DNA of 64,000 bases, from contig JAAOMT010000678.1 of the NCBI GenBank assembly GCA_016748015.1, positions 166,389-230,388 on the forward strand. Reading direction: 5' to 3'. The position numbers and the translations under genes are program-made. The DNA is from Geosiphon pyriformis uo1 (Eukaryota; Fungi; Glomeromycota). Every line of letters starts with the position of its first letter. Positions within the stretch are counted from its first letter, which is position 1. Positions 11,487 through 25,800 of this stretch are shown here, piece after piece. The notes beneath the pieces are model-generated. The model was given only the letters and a program-made list of their open reading frames with translations, did no database searches and was not told where the DNA came from.

Positions 11487-12720
11487 TTTATTTATTTATT
11501 TATTTATTTTTAATTAATGCATTTATTAAGTAAAACCCAACTATTATCTAGTACATAAAACCAAACTAAATGGCTCAAACTAAATGGCTCAAACTAAATG
11601 CAACTGATATATTTATTATATGTGATTAGCCACTTAGACCAGACTAAACAATACTATATACCTATATTAATATTTACATTACTATTTAGACTAGAAAAAA
11701 AAAGACATGGCTTATAATAGCCAAAACTAACAACAAAAAACTCAATAACACCAAGCATCTTAACCACATTATCTGATAGCATTGGCACCAAACTATATGA
11801 CAAATCTAATACTACACCACTATCTTTAATTAAGCCAGCTTTTTCCATATCAATTCTGAACTTAAATTTTGCCAGCCAAGTCTTAAAATAATACAACTTT
11901 ACCAAATATCTCATAAAATTAACAACAGTAAAGATGGTCTCTTTTTTGTCATCAAAAATTCCAATAGTTTTCACACACCAATCTTTTAGTACAAATTTTT
12001 TACATACAATTACATAAGTCCTGACATCTAATGAACAACAAGAAAGCATCTATAAAACAGCAGAAAAAGACAAATCATGAGCATTCACCAAAGTAACCCA
12101 TTGTGTAAATATCTTAGCCAAAATCTCTATCCAAATACCAACATTCTGAACACAAATAAAAATGTAATTTGATAGTTCCATATTACTACACAACAAACAC
12201 AGCACACTAAAATAATCTTTATCATACAGCCTTTTCCTAATAACTACTGGTAACTATCTATGCACTGTTTTTATCAGGTATATACAAAAATTAGATGACT
12301 TCTGATTAATAAAACCAGTAAGCATGTGTGAATTAAAGTGCCAGACTTTTGCAGTAATATTCTAATTTATATCCTTAATCAATGCATTAGAAACTAAATT
12401 ATAGTCAGGACCAGCCTCTTAATGAATATAACAAACAGATCTAAAAACATTTTTGATAAAATGGTGGGTATTACCAAATACAATAGTGTCTTCAGTCATC
12501 AAAAAATATTACTATATTCTCATTGGCAAAGAAAAAGAAGAACCAGCAGCCACACCAGTAGCAGCATCCACTTTCACATTATCACAAATTCCAGAATAAC
12601 TTTTAATCTTAAGCCAACTTATTATAAGATCCTTATTCTTAATTAAATTAAAAATGTCTTTTTTCAATCCAGCATTAATTATAAAAATTTGGTGCAGCAA
12701 AAAACATTTCAGACACATAT

Positions 12721-13543
12721 TGTTACTCATAAAAAGAAAACAGATATAGAAAATAACAGACCAATAAAAGAATAATATTTAGCATATGAGCACATTGCTT
12801 AACAATGTAGAGCAATGTCAGAAAACATGACATATTGTTCAACAATGTGGAGCAATATTAGAAAATTAGAGCACATCACTCAGCAATGTGAGCATTGCTT
12901 AAGAAATTATAGCACATTGTTCGGAAATATGAGCAATCTTATAGAACATCAATTATGTATATATAGTAGTAGCATTAAAAGTAGAAAAAGCAGAATCCTT
13001 TAGTTAGAAATCTTTTATTTACAAATATTGAATAAATAAATTATTTATCATCCAAATCTACTCTTCACTATCAATACTCCATGTTGATAGCAATTGATAC
13101 TTAACCACACTAGAACAATAGCTTGATTATGACTATTGACGGATACTAACTTGCGCATTATCTTGGCTCATTTTTTTATGTCATTTCTTTTATTTTTTTG
13201 TCTTAATTGTTATTATTACTAACTCTATTGAGGATTAATGCATGGGGTACTGATGTCAGAATATAACACTGGTAAAAAACCCAGAAATAAGAGTAGGACA
13301 CTCAATTGAGATTAGCTTACTAAGAGAAACACCAGTTATTATGCTAAAAAAAAAATTGACAAAACTGCAGTTTCGAAGCTACGGATAAAACTATTACCAC
13401 TGAATCTCTGTTCATTATACAAAAAACTCCACAACAAAACCTTTGGATAACACACCTTTAGATTCTATCATTGACAACAGCTTTAAGCACCAAGTTATGG
13501 GTTTGTTATTTACTCTAACAACCAACAAAGTTCACCTGTAATA
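12721..13543 (+). repeat. Gypsy-1 5' LTR
   Basis: TGTTA...TAATA (decayed TAACA); direct repeat of 22023-22889. Confidence 0.93.
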
Positions 13544-13545
13544 TT

Positions 13546-13561
13546 TGGTGCTCCCTATGAG
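13546..13561 (+). other. Primer binding site TGGTGCTCC...
   Basis: Immediately after the 5' LTR and complementary to a tRNA 3' end ...GAGCACCA. TGGTGCT also follows LTRs at 30456, 34045 and (minus) 56433. Confidence 0.85.
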
Positions 13562-16500
13562 ATATAATCTTACAGAGAACCAGCATTAACAAATAAATCA
13601 ACAGTGGCAGAATCAAAAAGTATAGGAGCAAACCATTTAGGATTCGCAAAATCCTTATTTCAACACTACTGTCAACACTTGGAATTGAACTACAATCAGA
13701 TATCAGCAGAATCAGCCTTCAATTTCTATGTCAATGAAAGAATTGCCTATTTGTTAGGAACACCAATAAACACTAAATCAGCAAGAGAAACTTTTTATCA
13801 TGAATTAATCCAAAACACCAGCTTACCAACAAATTATAACTTCGCATCCATCATCACTAAGATTAATAAGGAAATTGAACATTACATACAACAAAGCTAT
13901 CCAATTACTTATGCAAGTAAAGGCAAAAAAAAATTACAAACACTGGCAGTAACATCTCAACAGATCCAACCACCCACTTGGAAGAAACACAGAATTAAAT
14001 TACCTATAAATTCATCATATCATTATACTCCTAGAAATGCCATCAATATTGCATCAACAGGTGTGTTTACATTAAACATGACATCAACATTTGAACAATT
14101 TCTATTCCAAAGTAAACAAAGAAAAGAAAATCTATTAGGACTATATGGCGTGTACTTTGAGGGATTCAAATTGAAATCACCAATGTCATCAGAAGTTCGA
14201 TCACCACCACCTCAACCAGATTTCAGAATTACTGATCCGTGAGAATCAACCGAATTGGAAAAAAAACAAAAAGAAGAAGAGAAAAAAGAATCTGAAGATC
14301 AAGAATTCACTTACCAGAACTTAATTACTAAGAACCTGAATATAAAAACCCCAAATTTTCAGACTCAGCAAGATCAAAATCTAGAAAATCCAGAAATTGA
14401 AACTCTACCAAATTAGAACAACCAAAACTCCGACTTAATTAATCAACAAAACTTATCTTTGAATATTGTCATCAATCAGCCACCAATTGAACCAATTATC
14501 GAACTGATTTAACAGTAGCAAATACTTTTTCAACAGCCACCACTACAGCAACTTATCTAGCAACCAGTTTAGCAACCACAACAACCACTTCAACCACCAA
14601 TACAACAACAGTAACCGATCGCGCCAATGGCTTTTGCACTAATCGCAAAACTTGGGAAGTTTACCAGCAAAGAGGATAATGCTCAAGCATGGATCAATGA
14701 CATTGCCAAAGCTATCACTGCAAACAATTGGGATGACACAAGAACAATGCAAGTCATCCCATATTTCCTAAAGAATATCGCTGACTCATGGTATCATAGC
14801 TTGGCCCAAAAACCCCAAAATTTTAATGCATTTAAAACAGAATTCCTAAGATATTTCAGTGATAATAACAGCATCAACTGCCTGGCAAGTACTTTTACCA
14901 CCCTAAAACAAGGGGACACAGAAGCAGTCACCACCTACTTGGGATGCTTCCACAGAAATCTGTGCCAAATTCAAGCTATCCAAGCTAATTACTTTACAGC
15001 ACCACAAATCTTAAATCAGTTCATTAGAGGCTTATGCAGCAGCATACTTCAACAAGTACATCCAATGCATCCAGTAGACCTTCTTACTGCAGTTACTTAT
15101 GCTAGAGATTTTGAAACTGCTGAGTTAGAAGCCAACCATGCCCAAGCTGTAAATTTAGTAATGAATAGATTATCTGACTTAGATTCTAAACTGAAACAAT
15201 TTAGTGATTCCATTAATCAAAAATTAGAGGGATACTTAGCTGACAATTGCCCAATTTATTAGCCTCCTTAACAATATAATAATCAGGGAAACACGAATCG
15301 TTTCCAAAATTAGTCATGTCTATTATCATCAACAAATCAGCCATGGCAACAAGAAACGCAAATTTGCCACAACTGTGGTAAACAAGATTACTTTAGAGCT
15401 GATTGCTGTGCTTATAGTAACCCACAATCAGGAAATCAATATTGGAATCCTAATTGCTGGTTCCCAACTCCGAATTATTACTCAAATCAAAATCAATATT
15501 AATCTACTTATCTGTCAATGATGCCGCTACCAATTTATCAAACACCAGTATATCAACCTTAAATATATCAACCACAGCCACCTGTAATATATTAACCATA
15601 GTCACAAATAGTCTATCAACTACAACAATCAATTCAAATACTGTCACAAAATTCAGCTACAATAACATCTGGAAACTCCAGATCCAAAGTAACCCAAAAC
15701 TGGAGATTAGTGATGGTGGTTTACCAACTGATCTCCAGTTTAACAAATCAACCATCAGGATTATGCCAGTGGAATTCAGGAACTGGATATAACCAAAACC
15801 CGAGTTCCCAAAACTACTTAAGTCTTCTGGTTATCCCAGAAGATACGGCATCCAGCAAACAAGAAACCAACCAGAAGCCACTTATCCGCAACATTCCATC
15901 AGCTGCTAGCACCAAAGATGAATCACTTGTTGCCATATTCCTATTTGAACTTAAGAAAATTACATCAGTTCTATTGTTCAGTGGAGCCACTCTGGACACC
16001 AAACCAATAACCACAATGTATACTGATGCCAAAGTTAATGGTCAATATATCAAACTGATCCTGAATAGTGGATCAGCTGGCAACATCATCACCAAACAAC
16101 TCATAGATCAATTAGGTCACTGAGTTGACAGAGCTGCCAGCACAAAGATCATCACAGCTGATAGAGCAACCAAAACTTTTATTGGTAAGATTGATGACTT
16201 TCCTTTTGAAGTCAACAACATCATAGTCCCTATCAAAGTTCTGGTAATAGAAGCCACTCAATACCAAGCACTAGTTGATAATAACTGGCTCACTAAGACA
16301 AATGCTATTCTTGATTGGACAATGCAAAAGCTCCAACTCAGCCAAAATGGCCAACATACACACATACTAGCCATGTGTGGCCACTTCAAGACCATCAACA
16401 CATCAACATCACTTATTGAGTTTGAAAAAGAAGAGGAAAAACCTACCTGGGAAGCCTATCAAGTCTCGTGAGCTGACGATAACTACAATGAACTACTGCT

Positions 16501-17619
16501 AATACTCTCCTGGGATGACAACAATAATGAAAAAAAAAACAAAGAGAAGAACATACCTGGAGAACCACCATCAATGCTTGAACCAACAACAACCAAAGCA
16601 AGTTGCTACCAACAATAAGCTGGGAGGAAAAAGAAAAAGGGAAAGAAAAAGAAGAAAACATACCTGGAGAAATCGAACCAACAGAAAACACAACCAAAGG
16701 ATGAACAAATTCATACTCCATTCGCCAGTCACTACCACAACCACTATTTATTCTACTTAAATGCAAAGTTTGTGGAAAGAAACTCTTATTTATAAGAGCA
16801 TGGATTGCACTAGACAAAGACTACTGGACGCAAACACATTATTACTGCAAACTGTGCCATTGTGAATGCTATGAATATCCAAAGCACCAAGACAAGTGGG
16901 ACAACAAATCATGTCTTACTTGTAGTAAACAGCTACTTGATGAAGGAATGTGGAACAACATTTCTGGTCGAGGAGGAATATACAACACTTTATGCTAGTA
17001 CACAATTTTCATCAGTGACTAAGTGAGTCATGGCATATTTATAACAACAGCTTGGCATAGAGCAATTAACCAATTGAATGACTACTCACATAACAAGGAC
17101 GAGATCTGACAAATGACAAATGCCAAAGTCCAAGAAGTCATGCTCAGTGAAATTCTGGAAATTAAAAACAATCTGCTTAAACAGGTTGACATCATCCTTA
17201 TTCCAAATTCAGACACTTTTCTCAACATAGAAACTAATCCAAAAGACTTCTATGAGCATTACCAAAACTTGGCATCCACAAAAAGGAGCAGAAACAGTGG
17301 CTAGCATAGCTAAACACTCAACTATGTGACTACTGTTTGATTCCATATGACTTTCAATATTGTAATAAGTGTGACCTTATTTACAACCCACCGATCTGCA
17401 TGATCTACATGATCCCAGAAGAAAATAAACCAATCAGCAGCTGCACATCAGAATCAGAATCAATTTTCAATCCCAATTCAAACTCCAACAATGATGATGA
17501 CAAAAACACTGGTTCCAGCTTCATTCAATATGGCAATAAAAATAACAGTAATTTGGACTCAGATCCAAACTTCAAAACATTTATAATGCTCCTTGACCTC
17601 ACCAAGAAGCAAGAACTAA

Positions 17620-18045
17620 AGTGGTTCAGTGACAATAATAAAGGTATGATGCCAGAGTGTGTGCATGATACTGATACAGAGTTTGATCTAAGATATTCTA
17701 GAAAAAATGCCATCAAATTGGAACCACATTTGCACACTTACATTGATCTGAAAATAGCACTGGAAATTTCAGCAACCACAATGGTTTAACTAGCATCTAG
17801 GAGTAGTCTAGCAAAAAGAGGAATCAACATCAGAGGAGGAATAATTGATGCAGAATATGTGGGAAATATTATTGCTATGCTACAAAACAATGCAAAAAAG
17901 GCCTATGTAATAAAGCCAAATGAAAAAATAGCACAGACAATATTCCTGTTTCTGGTCAAAATAGCTCAGTTAGTGTCAATGAAAAACAAGGAAGAATTAG
18001 GGATCACAGCTAAAGGGATACAGAGATTTGGATCAACAGGTAGAA
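17620..18045 (+). pseudogene. Gypsy-1 dUTPase domain (disrupted)
   Basis: DTEFDL, SRSSL, GGIIDAEYVG, EKIAQ and FGSTG motifs; stop at 17787. Confidence 0.85.
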
Positions 18046-19935
18046 TAAATATACCAGTTAATATGGTGGAAGAAGAGATTATTAACAAGAAAGAAATTAT
18101 CTCCACCAGTTAACCAATTTTTATTTTACTATATGACTAGTATATGATAGTCATAGAAAAAAAAGTGAAGGATCAGAACCAGATTTTTGAAGCAGAAGCA
18201 GCACATTGTGAATCAAGAGAAATTGGACTCATCAATCTCCACATACCAGCCAGAAACTATAGCTGCATCAAAATTCCTATTTACAATAACACTAGAAAAA
18301 TTATAGAGATACTAAAAAGAATCATCATAGGACATTTAACTACTAAAATAGAGGACCAACCACCAAATTCTATTTCAGACTTTCCACAGCTTTGTGGATA
18401 TGTTAACATTACATCACAAATAATATATAAACAAAAGAAATGTTATTTGCTCCAACCAGAACAATTAGAACAAATAAACATGGGGAATCTAGACCCACTC
18501 CAACGCATGCAGCTAAAAATGTTGTTCAACAAGTTTAATGACATCTTTGTCAGTAAGAATAAATTCGGCAGAACTGACATTATCCAGCACCAGATTAAAA
18601 CTGGAGATGCTATGCCAATAAAACAATAAGCATACAGAGTACCATCCACTAGCCATGAGATTATTTGTCAAGAAATCAACTGGATGTTCGACAACGGGTT
18701 AATTCAGCCATCAATAAGCTTATGGTCATTACCAGTAGTACTCATTCAGAAAAAGAATAGGAAAATCTACTTTTGTGTGGACTATAGAAAGCTTAATGGA
18801 GTCATGTATGGAGACAGCTATCTAATTCCACAGATTCAGAAATTATTTGATGCTTTTGGGGGAAACAAATGGTTCTTAACATTGGATTTAGATAGTGGTT
18901 ACTGACAAGTAACCATGGCTCCAGTGGACAAAAAAAAAACCACATTTACAACATAGAAAAAAAATTTTGAATTCGAAGTGATGCCATTTGGCTTAACAAA
19001 TGCTCCAGCCACATTCCAGCAGCTAATAGAAATAGTATATACTGGCTTATTGTAGAAATCAGTAGTCGTTTATTTAGATAACACTAATGTGTTCTCCAAA
19101 ACATTCGATGATCATTTGCATCATCTACAACAAGTGTTTGAAAGACTACAACAAGCAGGGCTAAAGTTAAACACTAATAAATGCTTCTTTGGCAAGACAG
19201 AATTAAACGTTTTAGGGCACATAGTAAGCAAAGATGGCATCAAAACAGATCCAAAAAAGATAGAAATAGTCAAAAACTTTCCAGTACCAACCAATATGAC
19301 AGAGTTAAAGTCATTCTTGGGATTTGCAGGCTATTATTGATGCTTTATTAAAAACTTTTCCAAGATAGCCCAACCACTCAATCATCTCCAAACCAAGAAT
19401 GTGAAATACAAATAAACAGAAGCACAACAAGAAACTTTTGATATTCTAAGAAAAAAGCTTATACAAGCTTTAGTACTGATCTATCCAGATCACAATAAAC
19501 TATTTATCATTACCATTGATGCATTAGGCCAAGCATTAGGAGCAGTACTATCACAGAGAGGACCAAATAGAAGAGAACATCTAGTCACATATGCCAGCCG
19601 AGATTTAATTCCAGCTGAAAGAAATTATAGAACACCAGAATTAGAACATTTAACAATTTATTGGACAGTCATAAAATAGAGTGAATACTTGAACCAGAAG
19701 TTTGATGTATACACAGACCACAAAAAATTAACAGCACTTTATAAACAGAAATTTGAAGATGGAAGACAATCAAGATAGAAAATGGCACTATTACTATATA
19801 CTTATACTATACATTATAAAAAGAGAAAAGACAATGGAAATGCCGATGGTTTGTCACAAATGAGACAAATCTAAAAACATCTCAACATAAAAATATAACA
19901 AAACCAGAACAAACCCAATGAAAATATAACAAAAG

Positions 19936-21318
19936 ATGAACATACAAAAATATTAACAACAACAATATTATATAAATACTCAACAGTTCAAGGAGAAATT
20001 ATCTCAAAATGAACAAAATAATATCAAAAAAAAATCAAAACATTTTATCAATTATAAAAATATACTTTACTAGAAAAACAGAAGAAATCCAAATCAACCA
20101 ATAAGAGTCATCACAGAACCAGAGAAAGAAACAATATTATTCAACATGTATTCAGATCTAATAGCAGGACATTTTTATAAAGAAGCAATCATAAAAAGAA
20201 CCAAAAAAAGATACTATTGGCCATTAATATATCCGGATATCATTCAATATGTTCAAAATTGTGATGTTTGTTAGAGAAGAGGTAGAACAAAATCCAGTGA
20301 ATCATTAAGACCAATCAAAGTGGAACAACCATTCAACTGTATTGGAATTGACTTAGTCAGATCATTAACAATCACCAGCAGAGACAACAGATATATTGTA
20401 GTAGTCATGAACTATCTCATAAAATGGCCAGAAGCAAAAGCCATTTAAAAAGCAAATGCAGAATCTATTGCCAAATTTGTCCATCAAAATTTAATTTGTT
20501 GACATGGATGTTCAAAAGAACTATTATCAGATCAGGAAACTTACTTTGTAAACAGAACATTAGCAAAATTAAGCCAAAAATTCGGAATAAAAAGACCATT
20601 ATCATTACCATACCATCCACAAACAAATGGCTTAGTTGAAAGATTTAATAGAACACTGTGTAAAGTAATTGCCAAAATCAGCCAAGAAAATTAGGATGAA
20701 TGGGATTTGTTTATACCATCAATATTATTTGCTTATCGAACAATAAAACAAGATACCACACAAGCAACACCATTTGAATTAGTATATGGTAGAACAGCAA
20801 CATTACCAGTTGAGATAGAGATCAATACATATCCAGCTGAACTAATAACAGAAAATAATTTCCAAGAAACATTGTTGAAAAGAACATATGACTTAATGGA
20901 AACACTAGAAAACAGATGACAAAAAACAGCTGATAATATCCAAAAGGCACAAGAAAAGCAAAAAAAATGACACAATAACCAACTACTAGATAAACTAGTG
21001 GAATTTAAAATTGGAGACAAAGTACTATTACATTGTACCAAAGCAGAAAAACAATGGAGTGAAAAATTTGATCCCAAATGAGATGGACCATTTCACATAG
21101 AAGAAATTCTAGGAAATAGAACTTATAAATTAAGATGAAACAACAAAATCTTAGCCAAAGCAGCACATGGTAATCAATTAAAACCATATCACCAGATAGC
21201 ATTATCATCCACCAATACCATTCCACAGTTGGAAGTACAAAGAATAATAGTTCAACCAGATGAAATTCCACAAGATTTGGAACCAATCATAGTTATTGAA
21301 CCAAACACATTAAATTAA
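19936..21318 (+). pseudogene. Gypsy-1 integrase ORF (disrupted)
   Basis: MNIQKY... then AGHF, YYWP, CDVC, IGIDL, SDQ, HPQTNGLVERFN, AYRT, TPFELVYG and GPF. Confidence 0.85.
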
Positions 21319-22022
21319 ACAACCAAAAGAGGATATAAAGACACAGTACATGCGACAAAAGCAACCAAAAAAAATGGAAATACCAGATCACATTCACACT
21401 ATAGCTCAACAACTGTTTTAGGCACTAAGTCAACAACAGTTAGACATAAAAATTGTCATCAACAACCAAACAATTTGCTATTGAAACACAAAAAAAAAGA
21501 CAAAGAATACACTATATCAATGGCCACCAAAGAATAATAAAAACTGGACAGATAACTTAATAGAAAAAGTGAAAAACACTTTTGAGAAAATACCTATTAT
21601 GGCACCAACAGAAGAGCTTACAAAAGAAAATTAGAAGCAATAAACAGAATGACTTCCAATATCATATTACTACTACCAGTTAGGTCGAAAGTTGAATATT
21701 CAGGAGTTATATATTAACAAATCCAAGAAAATATTCAACCAAGACATGATACAACAAATTAAAAAATTTATCGGAAAGAAAACTAATTCAACATTATATG
21801 TTAAAACAATGTACCGACTACACAACATATTTCAAAACTATTCAGAAATACTGTTATACTCTGACATGAAAACCATAACCATTAACCAATAGAGAAGAAT
21901 AAACAATACACAAGTAGAAAACATGAAAAACAGAGTTGAACAAACAATACTTGAAAAAGAAGTATTAGAATTAATTCAAAATGAAGATTTTGACAGAGCT
22001 CAATATTAAAAAGAGAAAATAA

Positions 22023-22889
22023 TGTTATTCATAAAAAGAAAACAGATATAGAAAATAGCAGACCAATGAGAGAATAGTATTTAGCATATGAGCATATTGC
22101 TTAGCAATGTGAAGCAATGTCAAAAATCATGGCACATTGCTCAGCAATGTAAAGCAATGTCAGAAAACATGGCATATTGCTTAGCAATATAGAGCAATAT
22201 TAGAAAATTAGAGCACATCACTCAGCAATGTAAGCATTGCTCAAGAAATCATAACACATTGCTTAGAAATGTGAACAATCTCATAGAACATCAATTATGT
22301 ATATATAACAGTAGCATTAAAAGTAGAAAAAGCAGAATCCTTTAGTTAGAAATCTCCCATTCACAAATATTGAATAAATAAATTATTTACTATCCAAATT
22401 CACTCTTCACTATCAACACTCTATGTTGATAGCAATTGGTATCTAACCACACTGAAACAATAGCTCTTGATTATGGCTATTGATAGATACTAACTTGCAC
22501 ATTGTTTTGGCTCATTTCTTTATGTTATTTCTTTTATTTTCTTATCTTAATTGTTGTTATTACTAACTTTATTGAGAATTAATGCACAAGGTATTGACAT
22601 CAGGATATAGCACTGGTAAAAGATCCAGAAATAAGGGTAGGACACCCAATTAAGATTAGCTTACCAGAAGAAACACTGGCCATTACACTGAAAAAAAAAT
22701 TAACAAAACTGTGGTTTCGGGAAGCTACAGATAAAACTATTACCACTGAATCTCTGTCTATTATACAAAGAACTCTACAACAAAACCTTTAGATAATACA
22801 CCTTCAGATTCTATCATCAACAATAGCTTCGAGCACCAAGTTATGGGTTTGTTATTTATTCCAACAACCAACAAAGTTCATCTGTAACA
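22023..22889 (+). repeat. Gypsy-1 3' LTR
   Basis: TGTTA...TAACA; longer than the 5' LTR mainly by one extra ~40-nt internal repeat unit. Confidence 0.93.
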
Positions 22890-25800
22890 ACATATATCAA
22901 TAGCAGCCTGGTTGTTGAAATACAAAATCAAAGAGCAGGAAAACAGAACATACTTCAAAGACAAAGCAACAGCCTGTAACTCAGCTATAGTGGAAGATAC
23001 AAGACTGTAAACTTCAACACCAATACTTATATTCAAAGCAAAAAATTATACAGCAGCACCACTAATAATATCAGCAAAGTCAATATTTTTTAATGAACTA
23101 TCTGTGTATATTTCGAACAAACCTGACCAAATTTTATGCAAACTATTCTGTACTTCAGCAAACTCTCTAAAATTCTAAATGTTCAAGCTTACTAATCAGA
23201 TATACATAAGTAAATCAAATGACAAAAAACTCTTATTGTGCAAAAATTTTGATGTAATCTCAAACCAATATGAAACAGAGCCTCTAAGATCCAATTTCTT
23301 CTACTGATAGAAAATTTTCCAATCTATCACACAGTCTTTCTTATTAAAAAGTCTATTATCAAAAACAACTCCAAAATGCTTTAATAAACAAACAAAACTA
23401 AGATACAAAGTTTTCTCAAAAATTGATGATATAAGAAAAACACCAGAACTATAAAAAGCATTAGACAAATTTTTTATTAAAAATAGCTTATTATTCAAAA
23501 AAATTCTAATCACACCAGCCAGAAAATTGTTCACAGAACTAATGAACAATATAACAAAAAACTGTAAAAGATTCAAAGAAGCCTATTTCATGACTTGTAA
23601 ATCAAAGAATCTATAATAAAATAAATGACCAAAAATGCCTGAAGTATTAGAAAATAAGACCATAGCAGCCAGTTTACTTTCCAATTGCATTTGCTTAAAT
23701 GAATTTTAGACTATATTATAATAGATAATACAAAGTCTTATTAGAGAAATTCTATAGTAGACATGCTTTAGATTTAAGGCTTTTTTTGATTATAACATCT
23801 CATTTGTAATACATACTTGGCAAAACAAAACTAAATTGGGTCCTGTAACTAACAATAGGTTGCAGAACAACTGACTCCAATTAGGAAACTGCTTATCCAT
23901 AATAGCTTTTCTGAAAACCACATTAACAAAAAAATAAACATCAAAATAAGTCTTAGCTATATTTGGCTTGGACAATCCTTCAGTTAACAAAAAAATCTTC
24001 AGATATCTGTGCACTTCACTTTTTTTGGCAATCGAAATTGGTTGACTACTAATACTTAAAAAAGCAATCCTAACATTCTAATTAATAGGAACAGCCATAG
24101 TTTTTTCAGTATTAATCGAAATATTATTGATTGAAAAAAATTCACTAGCAATATTCAGAATATGCTGCATAAAGATTTAACAGTTTTTAATTTAAATTGT
24201 ATCATCCACAAATATGCCAACTGCAAAAAAAGAAAACAAACTACCACTGTTTTCAATTTTGCCAGTTTTAGTCACAAACTTAATATCAATTTGATATCTA
24301 TATAAATGTTCATGTCTCTTAATCTTACATAAAAGTGGATCATAAAAAATCCTCCAAAGAAGGGGAAAAAAAACTTCACTTTGGTCCAAACTATTGTGCA
24401 CTTTGTAGTTTTCTAAAAGACCGAAATCTATTATTACTTTATTGATTTTATTACCATATATATTATCAAAAAATTTGATGAACTTATCACATATTTTAAT
24501 CCACCTCAAGCTAGTCTCCAAGTGGTGCCAACCAACCAAGTTATATGCTTTATGCATATCCTATAAAACCAACCAAAGTTTCTGATTTTTTTCTAGTGTA
24601 TTCTTAACTACCAAACCAATCACAAACACAGGAGATTGAATAAACAAATCCTTTAAAACAAAAAAGTTATCATTATGAAGAACACCAAACTTACTGTACA
24701 TAGATAAAATTCTATCAAAAAAAATTTTAGAGAGAATCTTTCTGGCTGTTTTAATTAATGTGATAAGATGAGTGTTTGTAAAAATTTCATTCCAGTCATA
24801 AGATTTAGGGATCATTGAAACCCAAGTTCTTTTTCATAAAACAGAAACACCACTAACTGCCAAGCATGCATTTAACAGCCCTAAAAAGCATCTTATTATT
24901 CCATTCTTATTATGCTTTTATAGTTCATTTGAAATGCCAAACAAGTCCACAGCTTTGCTATTAAGTAGACCATTAACAATCAAGAGCAACTCACTCATAC
25001 TAATTGTACATATTACATCAGAAAAAGTATTATTTCTTACATAATCTAAAAGTGCATATCAGTAAACCTAAAAATCAGGCACTGCTGAAAGCATTTTTCG
25101 CTTTTTTGTCCAATTTTTTATTATCTTATCAATATTGAGCTTTACTTTTTCTGGATTTAAAACCAATTTATCATCTACCACTAAGTAATCCAAAACCACT
25201 TTGCAAAATTGCCAATCTAAAACACTCTTAATTATACTATTTTTATCAAAGCAAAATTTTTTCATGTGTCTTTCAATTGTTTTCTTAATAGATGTCTCCT
25301 CAGCCAACTTCAATTCATACATCTTAGATCTTCTATACTTTTTCCTAATTAGTGATAAATGCTTAAGAATAACTATTAATTTCCTACAATTCTGAATCAT
25401 GTTCATCACTATGAGAGCCTTATCAGCATCCAAAGTCAACTACTTCCTCATAAAATGATTGAAACCAAGAATATCACTTGAGCTTAATCTCTTAACAATT
25501 TTGGCAACTAATAATTCCAGTCCCAGAAACTTAAAAGACTGCATATTTTTTGAACACTGAAAATTACTAAACCAAAGTTTAAAAAATATTTCATTAGCCA
25601 AGTTTACTATTATTCTCTTCAACAACAATCACATAGTATCTAAATCATGATGAGCTTCAGCATCCAGAAACTTATACCTTATCTCTAAAAACTTGGCAGA
25701 AAAGCAATTCTTAAAATATATCTACTTGGCACCATTTGTGTTTTTGATTTTAAAGTTCCAATGATTTTTATTAGCTTGTTTCCACAAACTATTTAGACAA

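Larger units (their letters stand above)
12721..22889 (+). mobile_element. Gypsy-1: full-length degenerate Ty3/Gypsy LTR retrotransposon with dUTPase
   Basis: Two LTRs, PBS, gag, protease (LILNSGSAG), dUTPase, RT (FCVDYRKLN, LDLDSGY, MPFGLTNAP), RNase H, integrase (H2C2 motif, HPQTNGLVERFN) and a purine-rich tract before the 3' LTR. Many stops. Confidence 0.95.

Noticed and set aside
12715-12720. 6-bp TSD ACATAT for Gypsy-1
   Set aside because: Removing 6 bp frameshifts the host LINE ORF2; a 4-bp TSD restores the frame and matches Gypsy-2.
12785-12945. Palindromic repeats as a CRISPR-like array
   Set aside because: No unique spacers, eukaryotic context and located inside LTRs.
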